A DNA stretch of 64,000 nt from Macrostomum lignano (Eukaryota), in contig NIVC01003461.1 in the NCBI GenBank assembly GCA_002269645.1, positions 32,756 through 96,755 on the forward strand. The letters run 5' to 3'. Below, piece by piece: positions 1 through 14,600 of this stretch. Every line of letters begins with the position of its first letter. Position 1 is the first letter of the stretch. The position numbers and the translations under genes were made by a program. Below the pieces are notes generated by a model. The model made no database searches. It had not been told where the DNA came from and was given only the letters and a program-made list of their open reading frames with translations.

Positions 1-212
1 CTAACAACTCTTATCGGAACCCTCGATTTCATACACGACGATAAACCTCTGTTTGGCCAAACTTTATCAACTGTATCTCAGTTGACAATCATGGGTTATA
101 CTTTCAGTTAATTGAAAATTCACAAGATCGGCGATGTTTCTAAGCTTAAATCATCCAAATTTTCAAGCTTATGAGCTAGCGAAATTGACTAGCAGGACTT
201 TTAAGACAATGT

Positions 213-2297
213 GAAGCTTCGGGATTAGGTAGTTTTGAGATTAGGAAGCTTTGGGATTAGGAAGCTTCGAGATTAGGAAGTTTTGAGATTAGGAAGCTTC
301 GAGATTAGGAAGCTTCGAGATTAAGGAAGCTTTGAGATTAGGAAGCTTTGGGATTAGGAAGCTTCGAGATTAGGAAGTTTTGAGATTAGGAAGTTTTGAG
401 ATTAGGAAGCTTCGAGATTAGGAAGTTTTGAGATTAGGAAGCTTTGGGATTAGGAAGCTTCGAGATTAGGAAGTTTTGAGATTAGGAAGTTTTGAGATTA
501 GGAAGTTTTGAGATTAGGAAGCTTCGAGATTAGGAAGTTTTGAGATTAGGAAGCTTCGAGATTAGGAAGCTTCGAGATTAAGGAAGCTTTGAGATTAGGA
601 AGTTTTGAGATTAGGAAGTTTTGAGATTAGGAAGCTTCGAGATTAGGAAGTTTTGAGATTAGGAAGCTTCGAGATTAGGAAGCTTCGAGATTAAGGAAGC
701 TTTGAGATTAGGAAGCTTTGGGATTAGGAAGCTTGGAGATTAGGAAGCTTCGGGATTAAAAAGCTTTGAGATTAGGAAGCTTCGGGATTAAAAAGCTTTG
801 AGATTAGGAAGCTTCGGGATTAGGAAGCTTTGGGATTAGGAAGCTTTGGGATTAGGAAGCTTCGGGATTAGGAAGCTTTGGGATTAGGAAGCTTTGGGAT
901 TAGGAAGCTTTGGGATTAAAAAGCTATGAGATTAGGAAGCTTCGGGATTAGGAAGCTTTGGGATTAGGAAGCTTTGGGATTAGGAAGCTTCGGGATTAGG
1001 AAGCTTTGGGATTAGGAAGCTTTGGGATTAGGAAGCTTCGGGATTAGGAAGCTTCGGGATTAGGAAGCTTCGGGATTTGGAAGCTTCGAGATTAGGAAGC
1101 TTCGGGATTAGGAAGCTTTGGGATTAGGAAGCTTTGGGATTATGAAGCTTTGGGATTAGGAAGCTTCGAGATTAGGAAGCTTCGGGATTAGGAAGCTTTG
1201 GGATTAGGAAGCTTTGGGATTAGGAAGCTTTGGGATTAGGAAGCTTTGGGATTAGGAAGCTTTGGGATTAGGAAGCTTTGGGATTAGGAAGCTTCGAGAT
1301 TAGGAAGCTTTGGGATTAGGAAGCTTCGGGATTAGGAAGCTTTGGGGTTAGGAAGCTTTGGGATTAGGAAGCTTCGAGATTAGGAAGCTTCGGGATTAGG
1401 AAGCTTTGGGATTAGGAAGCTTTGGGATAAAGAAGCTTCGGGATTAGAAAGCTTCGGGATTAGCAATCTTCGAGATTAGGAAGCTTTGGGATTAGGAAGC
1501 TTTGGGATTAGGAAGCTTTGGGGTTAGGAAGCTTTGGGATTAGGAAGCTTTGGGATTAGGAAGCTTTGGGATTAGGAAGCTTCGAGATTAGGAAGCTTCG
1601 GGATTAGGAAGCTTTGGGATTAGGAAGCTTCGGGATTAGGAAGCTTTGGGGTTAGGAAGCTTTGGGATTAGGAAGCTTTGGGATTAGGAAGCTTTGGGAT
1701 TAGGAAGCTTTGGGGTTAGGAAGCTTCGAGATTAGGAAGCTTCGGGATTAGGAAGCTTTGGGATTAGGAAGCTTCGGGATTAGGAAGCTTTGGGGTTAGG
1801 AAGCTTTGGGATTAGGAAGCTTCGAGATTAGGAAGCTTCGGGATTAGGAAGCTTTGGGATTAGGAAGCTTTGGGATTAGGAAGCTTTGGGATTAGGAAGC
1901 TTTGGGATAAAGAAGCTTCGGGATTAGAAAGCTTCGGGATTAGGAAGCTTCGGGATTAGGAAGCTTTGGGATTAGGAAGCTTTGGGATTAGGAAGCTTCG
2001 AGATTAGGAAGCTTCGGGACTAGGAAGCTTTGGGATTAGGAAGCTTCGGGATTAGGAAGCTTTGGGGTTAGGAAGCTTTGGGATTAGGAAGCTTTGGGAT
2101 TAGGAAGCTTTGGGATTAGGAAGCTTTGGGATAAAGAAGCTTCGGGATTAGAAAGCTTCGGGATTAGCAATCTTCGAGATTAGAAGCTTCGGGATTAGCA
2201 ATCTTCGAGATTAGAAGCTTCGGGATTAGCAATCTTCGAGATTAGAAGCTTCGGGATTAGCAATCTTCGAGATTAGAAGCTTCGGGATTAGCAATCT
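213..2297. repeat. 16-bp minisatellite (gattaggaagcttYgR), roughly 130 units
   Basis: Direct tandem periodicity of 16 bp, with a HindIII site (aagctt) in most units. Confidence 0.97.
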
Positions 2298-3039
2298 TGG
2301 AATAGATTGGAAACTTTGTGAGAAGATTAGAAGATTTGTGACAGAGTTTAGTTCACAGATATAAATAAGTGCACAGCCGAGAACAGAGGCCTCGCCCGAA
2401 CCCGAACTGCAGCCGGCCCCCATAGCCGGAGACTGTGCCAAGTGCAAGCATGCTCTACCGGCCGTCGACTTCGTCGATCGGCGGCGCCAACGCCAACGCA
2501 TCGTCGGCTGACGAAGCCACCCCGCTGCTCATCTCCGGCCAGTCTGGCGGCGCCGACGCTATCCGCCGTCAGCGCCTTCTCGCCCGTCGACGCAGTCGGG
2601 CAGCCAGCCTGACGATACTGCTAGTTGAACTGCTGGAACGCCTGGCATTCTACGGCGCCACGGCTAATCTGGTGCTGACCCTCGGCCAGTGGCCGTTCCT
2701 CTGGGTCAGCTACGTTGCCGCCTCCGCCTCGCTGTTTATGTCCGGCCTGGCCTACGGCTTGTCGCTGTTCTTCGGCTGGCTTAGCGACACCTGGCTAGGC
2801 GCGTTCAACACCTGCGCTTTGGGATTTCTTATCTATCTGATTGGATTGTGCGGCCTGCCCGTGTTGCTATTGTTGGAGAGATATGGGCATACCAGTGCAT
2901 TGTGCGGCCATTTGAATTCTGGCATTGTTAATGCTAGCATAGTCAGGACTGCTAGCTTTCCCAGGTGAGAGGCTGTGGGCTTGTTGTGCATGTTTGTATT
3001 GGCACGGCTTTTTAATAGGTTTTATGCTTATGGGATTTT

Positions 3040-4560
3040 TCTCCCCAATTTTACCTGGGGAATTATTCTCCTTTTGAGTTTTTATCAGGGGATTTTTCTC
3101 CCCAAATTTACCTGGGGAATTATTCTCCTTTTTGATTTTTTATCAGGGGGGATTTTTCTCCCCAATTTTACCTGGGGAATTATTCTCTTTTTGAGTTTTT
3201 ACCGGGGGATTATTCTCCCCGATTTTACACGGGAATTATTTTCCCCGATTTTAACTAGGAAATTACTCTCCCTTATCTTACCTGGGGCAATTATTATTTC
3301 CTATTTTACCGAGGGAATTATGTTCCCCGTTTTTTTTTGGGGGATTATTCTCCCCTTTTGCCTGGGAAATTATTCTCACAGAATTTTGTTTGGAGAATTA
3401 TCTTTTCCTATTTTACCTGAGGAATTATTCTTTCCTATTTTACCTGGGAATTATTCTTTCCTATTTTACCTGGGGAATTATTCTTTCCTATTTTACCTGG
3501 GAATTATCTTTTCCTATTTTACCTGAGGAATTATTCTTTCCTATTTTACCTGGGGAATTATTCTTTCCTATTTTACCTGAGGAATTATTCTTTCCTATTT
3601 TACCTGGGGAATTATTCTTTCCTATTTTACCTGAGGAATTATTCTTTCCTATTTTACCTGGGGAATTATTCTTTCCTATTTTACCTGGGGAATTATTCTT
3701 TCCTATTTTACCTGGGGAATTATTCTTTCCTATTTTACCTGGGGAATTATCTTTTCCTATTTTACCTGAGGAATTATTCTTTCCTATTTTACCTGGGGAA
3801 TTATTCTTTCCTATTTTACCTGGGGAATTATTCTTTCCTATTTTACCTGAGGAATTATTCTTTCCTATTTTACCTGGGGAATTATTCTTTCGTATTTTAC
3901 CTGAGGAATTATTCTTTCCTATTTTACCTGAGGAATTATTCTTTCCTATTTTACCTGGGGAATTATTCTTTCGTATTTTACCTGGGGAATTATTCTTTCG
4001 TATTTTACCTGGGGAATTATTCTTTCCTATTTTACCTGGGGAATTATCTTTTCGTATTTTACCTGAGGAATTATTCTTTCCTATTTTACCTGGGGAATTA
4101 TTCTTTCCTATTTTACCTGGGGAATTATTCTTTCCTATTTTACCTGAGGAATTATTCTTTCCTATTTTACCTGGGGAATTATTCTTTCCTATTTTACCTG
4201 GGGAATTATTCTTTCGTATTTTACCTGGGGAATTATTCTTTCGTATTTTACCTGGGGAATTATTCTTTCCTATTTTACCTGGGAATTATTCTTTCCTATT
4301 TTACCTTGGAAATTATTCTTTCCTATTTTACCTGGGGAATTATTCTTTCCTATTTTACCTGGGAAATTATTCTTTCCTATTTTACCTTGGAAATTATTCT
4401 TTCCTATTTTACCTGGGGAATTATTCTTTCCTATTTTACCTGGGAAATTATTCTTTCCTATTTTACCTGGGGATTTAAGTTCCCCGATTTTACTTGGGGA
4501 ATTATTCTCCCGATTTTATTTAGGTAATTATTCTCCCTGATTTTACCTGGGGAATTAATT
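3040..4560. repeat. 27-bp intronic minisatellite (gaattattctttcctattttacctggg) in SLC15 intron 1
   Basis: Tandem 27-bp units; source of the spurious LFFPILPGE ORFs. Confidence 0.96.
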
Positions 4561-5419
4561 CTCCTACCCTATTTCATGCCTGGAAGTTTCTTATTAAAAA
4601 TTTAGTCCCGGGAAATTGTTTAATCAAATTTCTGTTCCGCATCAACAACTCGGCAACATTTGCAGCAAGCTCATCCAGGACGAGAATTCCACAGGCGGCA
4701 ACATGTTCGAGCAGAACTGCTCCCCGATCGTGATCGCCAGCCTCTGCTGCCTCGCCATCGGCAGCGGCGCCCTCAAAGCCAATTTATCCCCGCTGGGCGC
4801 TCAACAAATCAAAGACCCTGTTGAGCAGAGCCGCTTCTTCAACTGGTTCTACTGGGCCTGCAATGTTGGCTCGTTTGCCGCTTATTTCTTTTTAACCTAC
4901 ACTCAGCAGAATCTTGGCAAAGATGGCCGACTAGCCGGTTACCTGGTGCCGCGGTTGCCATGACGATAGCGTCATTAGCCTTTGTAGCCTGCCGGCCAAT
5001 GTTTAGACTGCGCAAGCCGGCTGGCAGCCTGCTGACTAGGGTGGTGCGCCTGCTGGCTGCGGCCGTGTCAGCCAGCTTCCGGTTGCGCAGGCAGCGGAAG
5101 CGGAGGCTGCTGGCTGATGGCGAATCCGACTCGAATAATAGCGGCAGCGGTTCGGGCGATTCTGCGCCAATGCGATTGCATGCGGCGCGTACGACGACTG
5201 GCTGGATTGCGCTCGTCACGGCGGCCGCTTCACGAGGGCGAGGTGCACGACGTTCGGGCGCTGCTTAGAGTTGTACTCATCTTTGTCAGCATTATACCCT
5301 ATTGGCTGCTGTATTTTCAAATGCAGAGTACCTATCTGGTGCAGGTAACATTTATTATGCGTCTGTTATTGCTGTCTGGTGTTAAAATGTGATGGGATAT
5401 GTAGTTGCGGTTTTATGTA

Positions 5420-6500
5420 GTGACTTTTGATGGTTTGAGAGTGACTGGTCATTGACTGAGTGACTTTTGATGGTTTGAGGGTGACTGATCATTGACTGAG
5501 TGACTTCTGATGGTTTGAGGGTGACTGATCATTGACTGAGTGACTTCTGATGGTTTGAGGGTGACTCATCATTGACTGAGTGACTTCTGATGGTTTGAGA
5601 GTGACTGATCATTGACTGAGTGACTTTTGATGGTTTGAGAGTGACTGATCATTGACTGAGTGACTTTTGATGGTTTGAGAGTGACTCATCATTGACTGAG
5701 TGACTTCTGATGGTTTGAGAGTGACTGATCATTGACTGAGTGACTTTTGAAGGTTTGAGAGTGACTGATCATTGACTGAGTGACTTTTGATGGTTTGAGA
5801 GTGACTGATCATTGACTGAGTGACTTTTGATGGTTTGAGAGTGACTGATCATTGACTTGAGTGACTTTTGATGGTTTGAGGGTGACTGATCATTAGCTAA
5901 GTGACTTTTGATGGTTTGAGAGTGACTGATCATTGACTTGAGTGACTTTTGATGGTTTGAGGGTGACTGATCATTAGCTAAGTGACTTTTGATGGTTTGA
6001 GAGTGACTCATCATTGACTGAGTGACTTTTGATGGTTTGAGGGTGACTGATCATTGGCTGAGTGACTTTTGATGGTTTGAGAGTGACTGATCATTGGCTG
6101 AGTGACTTTTGATGGTTTGAGAGTGACTGATCATTGGCTGAGTGACTTCTGATGGTTTGAGAGTGACTGATCAGTGACTGAGTGACTTCTGATGGTTTGA
6201 GACTGACTGATCATTGGCTGAGTGACTTCTGATGGTTTGAGGGTGACTGATCAGTGACTGAGTGACTTTTGATGGTTTGAGAGTGACTGATCATTGACTG
6301 AGTGACTTCTGATGGTTTGAGACTGACTGATCATTGGCTGAGTGACTTCTGATGGTTTGAGAGTGACTGATCATTGACTGAGTGACTTCTGATGGTTTGA
6401 GAGTGACTGATCATTGACTGAGTGACTTCTGATGGTTTGAGGGTGACTGATCATTGACTGAGTGACTTCTGATGGTTTGAGACTGACTGATCAGTGACTG
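5420..6500. repeat. 40-bp intronic minisatellite (gagtgacttttgatggtttgagagtgactgatcattgact) in SLC15 intron 2
   Basis: Tandem 40-bp periodicity, e.g. tgacttt at 5461 and tgacttc at 5501. Confidence 0.96.
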
Positions 6501-7009
6501 CATTACCCCACTATGAACCCCGCCGCCAGGGCCTGCACCTCCGCCTGCAGCTGGACGGCTCAATAGCGAACATTTTCCGCGCCGCTACCGGACAATTCCG
6601 CCGGCTTGGCTATCGCTGTGCGACATTGTGGTGATCATAGCGCTGATTCCGCTATTGACTAAGCTGGTATTCCCCTGGCTTGAGCGGCGGGGCAAGCACC
6701 CCAGTCTGGCTACGCAGATCCTATTAGGCATGTCCATCGCCTTGGCCTCCGTGCTCTGCGCCGGCGTGCTCGAGTCCTACCGGCTCAGCGTCCTGTGGGG
6801 CAATTCAACCAATCTCTGGCCTGTGGACTATGTTCAACAGCAAATTGGCAATATGAATTATACGGCAGCTAATGTTAGCATAATGTGGCAGGTGCCCCAG
6901 TACTGCCTGATGGGTACGGCCGAAGCTTTTATGCCCGTTGCCTGCCTGCGGCTGGCCTTTCAGGTGAGCTGACTGTGGCCCAGCTGGTGTAGAAATCCAC
7001 ATGGCACAG

Positions 7010-7161
7010 CTGACAGACAGACAGACACAGACAGACAGACAGACAGACACTAAGACACTAAGACACTAAGACACACAGACAGACAGACAGACAGACAGAC
7101 ACTAAGACACTAAGACACTAAGACAGGCGGACAAGTCAGACAGACAGACAGACAGACACTA

Positions 7162-7226
<65 letters not shown>

Positions 7227-7262
7227 CTAAGACACTAAGACACTAAGACAGGCGGACAAGTC

Positions 7263-7325
<63 letters not shown>

Positions 7326-7433
7326 TCAGACAGACAGACAGACAGACAGACACTAAGACACTAAGACACTAAGACAGGTGGACAAGTCAGACAGACAGAC
7401 AGACAGACACTAAGACACTAAGACAGGCGGACA

Positions 7434-7498
<65 letters not shown>

Positions 7499-7723
7499 GG
7501 CGGACAAGTCAGACAGACAGACAGACACTAAGACACTAAGACACTAAGACACTAAGACAGGTGGACAAGTCAGACAGACAGACAGACAGACACTAAGACA
7601 GGCGGACAAGTCAGACAGACAGACAGACAGACACTAAGACAGGCGGACAAGTCAGACAGACAGACAGACAGACACTAAGACAGGCGGACAAGTCAGACAG
7701 ACAGACAGACAGGTGGACAAGTC

Positions 7724-7776
<53 letters not shown>

Positions 7777-7853
7777 GTAAGACACTAAGACAGGCGGACA
7801 AGTCAGACAGACAGACACTAAGACACTAAGACACTAAGACAGGCGGACAAGTC

Positions 7854-7906
<53 letters not shown>

Positions 7907-7983
7907 CTAAGACACTAAGACAGGCGGACAAGTCAGACAGACAGACACTAAGACACTAAGACACTAAGACAGGCGGACAAGTC

Positions 7984-8032
<49 letters not shown>

Positions 8033-8060
8033 CTAAGACACTAAGACAGGCGGACAAGTC

Positions 8061-8099
<39 letters not shown>

Positions 8100-8130
8100 T
8101 AGACAGACAGACAGGCGGACAAGTCAGACA
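7010..8130. repeat. Compound (GACA)n / gacactaa / ggcggacaagtca microsatellite in SLC15 intron 3
   Basis: Direct inspection. Confidence 0.96.
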
Positions 8131-9716
8131 CTACGGGTCTTTCGTAAGAGACACCATGAGGCTCCAATAAACCGAAAGACAGACTGAAAAACAGGCAAAG
8201 AAACAGGTTGGCAGGTCAAAGACAGACCGAGCAGTAGTCAAATCGAGCCAGAATGGACCAAAAGACAGGGCCATACAGGTGTAGTTGCGGTATAGGCAGG
8301 CCGACAACCCAGCAGGTATCTGTTGTCACCGCAGTCCTGCAGTAATTAACAGCCAAATCAAGTCAAGCACTGCAAACACACGCACACAGGGCGCGCCTCG
8401 CAACATGAAAGGCCTAATTACTGGCTTATTCTGGTTCACCTGCGGCTGCGGCAGCTTCGTAGGCGTGGCGCTGGTCTCGGGTCTGGCCGGGGCTGGCGTC
8501 TGGTTCCAGCCGTCCGAGCAGGGCAACCCGAACTGCCGCCTAGCCTGTTCCACTGATCCAACCCGGATTTGCGCCGAGTGCCACATGGATTTCTACTTCT
8601 ACCTACTCAGCGGCATACAGCTTGGCGGACTGCTGCTGTTTGCATTGCTCAGGTCGCGCTACCGACTGGCGACGTCTGTTGACGATTTCACGGCCGGCTC
8701 AGCCGCTGTTGGAGATGCTGTCAGCCAGATTAATAATAACGGGCCGAGGCTGCCCGGTTACAGCGCTAATAGGCGCAATGTGGACTTCTAAGGCTTTGAT
8801 AAGGCTTTGACTCCGTGTCTTTTGGGGGATGTACATTCGGTCAGGGCCGCTACACACCCCCTGTGTGACTGCTAGCTAGCTGACTAGCTGAAATCGATTC
8901 CATTAAAATATTTTTTTTCTACAATGTACTTATGTTAATTCTATTTCTCTACATATCTGTAGGCATTCTACCTTATTTTGTTTCTCATTATTCATCGACT
9001 TTTGATATCTTCTGTTCGATATCTCTTTCATCTCTACTTTGGTAGCTATTGGAAAATAGAGAAATAAGATGTGAATCCCAGCCTGTGTAGTTCTGCCACA
9101 AGTTCAGCTATGTACTAACCGCGGCCAGTTCTGCTTAACTTTTCCGAGAGCATTGGCTAGCGACTCTATTATGTCGGAAAGCTTATGTATATTTTGCTAT
9201 ATTTATTAAATACATTTTCATCAGTAACAATAATATTGCACTTGTTTCCAACTGGTATTATCAATTTATTCAGACTTTCAACCGCTTTCTTTCATTCTAT
9301 CTCAATCAGTTATTTTTTGTCAGATGCTATTAAACTGTGCAATACATTTTTCTACCGCTTCTTGACTATGTTTAATTGATTCTGTACACAAACTTTTCTA
9401 CAGGCTACAGTTTATTTAATCGTGTGAAGTAATGGCATGTGTTATGCAATCAAAATTTGTTACTAGCCAAAATCTATGTTTTGCTTTGCTGCGGCACTGT
9501 GCTATTGTTTTTTCTGGTGCTACCAATACACCGTATTCTCTGTCGTGTATGTGTAAAAAGATAATTACATTATATGGATTTGATTTCATTTTCTAATTGT
9601 TGAGTGTCTGCGCGTGTTGCTTCATTTCGGCTTTTTCTGTAGGGCAGATTAAGTATGGGTAAATTTTGTTATTCAAGTTAAGACTGGAATGGAATTTCTG
9701 CATTTGTTATGTCGGC

Positions 9717-10908
9717 TAATAGCACAGCCTCAAACCCCAGCTCAATCAGCACAGCCTCAACCCCAGCTCAATCAGCACAGTCTCAAACTCCAGCTCAATC
9801 AGCACAGCCTCAGATCCAGCTCAATCAGCACAGTCTCAAACCCCAGCTCAATCAGCAGTCTCAGACTCCAGTTCAATCAGCACAGCCTCAAACCCCAGCT
9901 CAATCAGCACAGCCTCAAACCCCAGCTCAATCAGCACAGCCTCAAACCCCAGCTCAATCAGCACAGTCTCAAACCCCAGCTCAATCAGCACAGTCTCAGA
10001 TCCAGCTCAATCAGCACAGTCTCAGATCCAGCTCAATCAGCACAGTCTCAGATCCAGCTCAATCAGCACAGTCTCAGATCCAGCTCAATCAGCACAGTCT
10101 CAGATCCAGCTCAATCAGCACAGTCTCAGATCCAGCTCAATCAGCACAGTCTCAGATCCAGCTCAATCAGCACAGTCTCAAACCCCAGCTCAATCAGCAC
10201 AGTCTCAGATCCAGCTCAATCAGCACTGTCTCAGATCCAGCTCAATCAGCACAGTCTCAGATCCAGCTCAATCAGCACAGTCTCAAACCCCAGCTCAATC
10301 AGCACAGTCTCAGATCCAGCTCAATCAGCACAGTCTCAGATCCAGCTCAATCAGCACAGTCTCAAACCCCAGCTCAATCAGCACAGTCTCAAACCCCAGC
10401 TCAATCAGCACAGTCTCAAACCCCAGTTCAATCAGCACAGTCTCAGATCCAGCTCAATCAGCACAGTCTCAGATCCAGTTCAATCAGCACAGTCTCAAAC
10501 CCCAGCTCAATCAGAAGTCTCAGACTCCAGTTCAATCAGCACAGTCTCAAACTCCAGCTCAATCAGCAGTCTCAGACTCCAGTTCAATCAGCACAGTCTC
10601 AAACCCCAGTTCAATCAGCACAGTCTCAAACCCCAGTTCAATCAGCACAGTCTCAAACCCCAGCTCAATCAGCACAGTCTCAAACCCCAGCTCAATCAGC
10701 ACAGCCTCAAACCCCAGCTCAATCAGCAGTCTCAGACTCCAGTTCAATCAGCACAGTCTCAAACCCCAGCTCAATCAGCACAGTCTCAAACCCCAGCTCA
10801 ATCAGCACAGCCTCAAACCCCAGCTCAATCAGCACAGTCTCAAACCCCAGCTCCATCAGTACAGTCTCAGACTCCAGTTCAATCAGCAGTCTCAGACCCA
10901 GCTCAACT
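9717..10908. repeat. 27-bp intergenic minisatellite (ccagctcaatcagcacagtctcaaacc and variants) directly upstream of PTCD3
   Basis: Tandem 27-bp units with 24-bp variants; open in two frames. Confidence 0.96.
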
Positions 10909-12311
10909 GAGATAACACTCTGTACACTCCGCAGTACACCAAAGGACGAATGCTGCTTCAACGCGCCCTGAGGCTGGCAGCCAGCGGCAGCGGAGGCGGT
11001 CGGTGCTGCCGTCAGCGGCGGAGCTTCCAGGCTAGCCGAGTCCCGGATCCCCAGCTGCGCAACCAGCTGCCCAGTCCAGTTGAACGCGACGAGTTCACGG
11101 TGTTGAAATGCCTAGCCGGCACCGTCAGCGTAGAGGCTGACGCCGTTCCGCACTACTCCATCGACGATAGCTTGTTCCTGCGCTACCGCCAAGGCGACCT
11201 GATGCTGGCCAGACGGTCTGGCCGAAACTTGGCCAGGCGATTCCTGCAATCGGACGCGGCACAGCTGGCCCAGTTGAACATGGAGTGCCCGCCTGTGCCG
11301 GCTTGGCGGCCGCTGAGATCTGTTGACGGGCTGGAGAACAACGAGGAGAATCTGAGATTGCTAATCGATTTGGAACAGGTGGATCTGAGCTGGCGGATGT
11401 ACAATAAGCTGATTAGTGACGGTTCCGGAGTTAGCGACGATGTCAAGTGAGGATTCTGCTGCATATATGCCCGCTATTTCATGCTTGATGTTATACAGTT
11501 TGCGCGTATGGCAGTGCGCGCTTGTAACAGTTTTGCGCGTATTGCAATGCGCGCTTATAACAGTTTTGCGCGTATGGCAGTGCGCCCTTATAACAGGCGC
11601 CTTTATTCCGTAGCGCCCTTATACAAATGCGCTCATTGATACATTAGTTTCGGGGGCTTCGGTCTCAACTCAACTCGGTGTTCGCCCCCTACCTCGCTCC
11701 GCAGGCAGAGCCTACTGGAGCTGCTCGCCTATCACGCCGGCTCGGATCCGCCGCTCCGCGACATCAGCCCGGAGGAGATCTACTTCGCCGATCGGCCCCT
11801 CGTTGCCCCGGCCATGGCCGAGCTGGCGGCCGCCTGGACGGCTTCGGACAATCCGGCCCGAGCCGTCTATCGCAGTCTCGCCCAGCCAGTCAGCCTGGCC
11901 GCCAAAGCTGCTATGCTGAAGGCCCACTGCCGGCATGGCGCCTATGCCGAATGCTTGGATCTGTACGCTGAGGTGGCCGAAGATCCCCAGCTGGACGCCG
12001 AGAGCCACGTTGCCGCCCTGCTAGCCGTTGGCGCGCACCGCCGCAGCTGGCCGGCCGTTCTGGCCGCCTTCCGCCGGTTGCCCGGCCAACCGGACGCCAG
12101 CGCCTATCGGCATTGCTGTCCGGCCTGGCCCTGGCCAAGGATGCGCCAGACGGTGGGCGAGCGAAACTGGTGTGCAGTCTGCTGGCCGAGATGCGCGAGC
12201 GTGGGGTGGAGACTCGGCTTAGTCTGGCCACCGGCACTGCCGCACTGCGGGCTGCCTACGCCGATCAGCTCAAGAATTCTCTGCTTGATAAGTGAGTTTG
12301 TCTGGAAGATA

Positions 12312-12985
12312 CTCATTTGCAGGTGATAGATTAGGGGTGAGATTCTCATCTAATTCTCATTTGCAGGTGCTAGATTAGGGGTGAGATTCTCATCTAAGTC
12401 TCATTTGCAGGTGCTAGATTAGGGGTGAGATTCTCATCTAAGTCTCATTTGCAGGTGCTAGATTAGGGGTGAGATTCTCATCTAAGTCTTCAATTTGCAG
12501 GTGATAGATTAGGGATGAGATTCTCATCTAAGTCTCTTATTTGCAGGTGATGGATTAGGGGTGAGATCTCATCTAAGTCTCTCATTTGCAGTGATAGATT
12601 AGGGATGAGATTCTCATCTAAGCCTCTCATTTGCAGGTGCTAGATTAGGGGTGAGATTCTCATCTAAGTCTCTCATTTGCAGGTGATGGATTAGGGATGA
12701 GATTCTCATCTAAGCCTCTCATTTGCAGGTGATAGATTAGGGGTGAGATTCTCATCTAAGTCTCCCATTTGCAGGTCATAGATTAAGGGTGAGATTCTCA
12801 TCTAAGGCTCTCATTTGCAGGTGATAGATAAGGGTGAGATTCTCATCTAAGTCTCATTTGCAGGTGATAGATAAGGGTGAGATTCTCATCTAAGTCTCAT
12901 TTGCAGGTGATAGATCTAGGGGTGAGATTCTCATCCAAGTCTCCCATTTGCAGGTGACGAATTACGGTAGGGGTGAGATTCTTAT
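12312..12985 (+). repeat. ~44-bp intronic minisatellite (ctcatttgcaggtgatagattaggggtgagattctcatctaagt), about 15 units, PTCD3 intron 2
   Basis: Tandem units of 44-46 bp. Confidence 0.95.
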
Positions 12986-13789
12986 CTGTAGAGTCTGCCA
13001 GTTGTTGAGAATAGACCTGTGGCTGACCCAAGCCTCCCATTAGCCTAACCCTACATTGTACCCAACCCCGTCACCCCAGGCTCCAAGGCCCAACCGAGTG
13101 GCTGTCGAACCCGGGCCTGCCCCAGGCTGCCCGGCCGGCCTGCTGCCGTCTCTGCTGGCCGACCTGTGCTCGAATCCGCCCGATCCGCTGGACACCGCCA
13201 GTCCGGACGACCTGGCCTTCTTCCCCACAGCTGCCTACCTGGCCTGCCGGGTCTACGCCAGCCGGGCCCTGAGCGAGCAGCTCGATTCGTTGCTGCACTC
13301 CGGCGCTTTTGTGTCCACTCTGGGCACCTTCAAAGAGCGTCGCATAGTGTACGAATATCACCTGTTGAATCTGCTCACCGATCGGGGCGCCGATTTAGAT
13401 GCTGCCATTAGTTACTATTCGGATCGGATCGAGCCGTCTGGCGTTGCTATGCTCAGCCATCTGATCCGGCTGATGCGAAAGTGCGTAGCTAAGCAGGCCG
13501 TGCACCGGCTGCCCGGCCTCATGGCTCGGTGCTTGCAGTTTGCCGACTCACCAATCCCAACATATTGGCGCCCGCAAAGCTTTCTATCGGTGCGCTGAAA
13601 TTGTTGAAGAAATGTTTGCTGATCAGCATCCGGCTGTCCGAGATCCCCAGTTTATGGCCGAACTGCGCAGGTCTCTGGCCGCTTCTCAGATGTGCTCAAC
13701 AATGAATTCGTGTACGATCGGAGGCGGCGACGGGACGATGCGGTGAGATTTTTATGGGGGATTTTGAGAGGATGGAGAGTTAGGAGAGA

Positions 13790-14600
13790 GGAACGGGAGA
13801 GTGACGAGAAAGGAACGGAAGAGTGACGAGAGAGAAACGGAGAGTGACGAGAGAGAAACGGGAGAGTGACAAGAGAGAAACAGAGAGTGACCAGAGAGGA
13901 ACGGAAGGGTGACGAGAGAGGAACGGGAGAGTGACGAGGGAGGAACGGGAGAGTGACCAGAGAGGAACGGAGAGTGACGAGGGAGGAACGGTAGAATGAC
14001 GAGAGGAGCGGGAGAGTGACGAGAGAGGAACGGAAGGGTGACGAGAGAGGAACGGGAGAGTGACGAGGGAGGAACGGGAGAGTGACCAGAGAGGAACGGG
14101 AGAGTGACGAGGGAGGAACGGTAGAATGACGAGAGGAGCGGGAGAGTGACGAGAGAGGAACGGTAGAATGACGAGAGGAGCGGGAGAGTGACGAGAGAGG
14201 AACGGTAGAATGACGAGAGGAGCGGGAGAGTGACGAGAGAGGAACGGTAGAATGACGAGAGGAGCGGGAGAGTGACGAGGGAGGAACGGGAGAGTGACGA
14301 GAGAGGAACGGTAGAATGACGAGAGGAGCGGGAGAGTGACGAGAGAGGAACGGTAGAATGACGAGAGGAGCGGGAGAGTGACGAGAGAGGAACGGTAGAA
14401 TGACGAGAGGAGCGGGAGAGTGACGAGGGAGAACGGTAGAATGACGAGAGAGCGGAGAGTGACGAGAGAGGAACGGTAGAATGACGAGAGGAGCGGAGAG
14501 TGACGAGAGAGGAACGGTAGAATGACGAGAGGAGCGGGAGAGTGACGAGAGAGGAACGGTAGAATGACGAGAGGAGCGGAGAGTGACGAGAAGAGGGATG
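13790..14600. repeat. Purine-rich 42-bp minisatellite (two ~21-bp halves) in PTCD3 intron 3
   Basis: Unit gggagagtgacgagagaggaacggtagaatgacgagaggagc. Confidence 0.95.

Larger units (their letters stand above)
2450..8791 (+). pseudogene. SLC15A4: SLC15A4-like POT/PTR2 peptide-histidine transporter, frameshifted copy (exons 2450-2964, 4606-5344, 6530-6963, 8390-8791)
   Basis: ExxERLAFYG motif, KANLSPLGAQQ, FFNWFYW, QVPQY, APRNMKG; GT-AG junctions. Relative to the right-arm copy, exon 2 lacks 3 single bases (premature stop at 4963) and exon 3 lacks 1. These may be consensus errors rather than true decay. Confidence 0.8.

Noticed and set aside
2975-4527. Long ORFs LFFPILPGE/NYSFLFYLG (also 42066-43625, 519 aa)
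   Set aside because: Translations of a stop-free 27-bp intronic minisatellite inside SLC15 intron 1.
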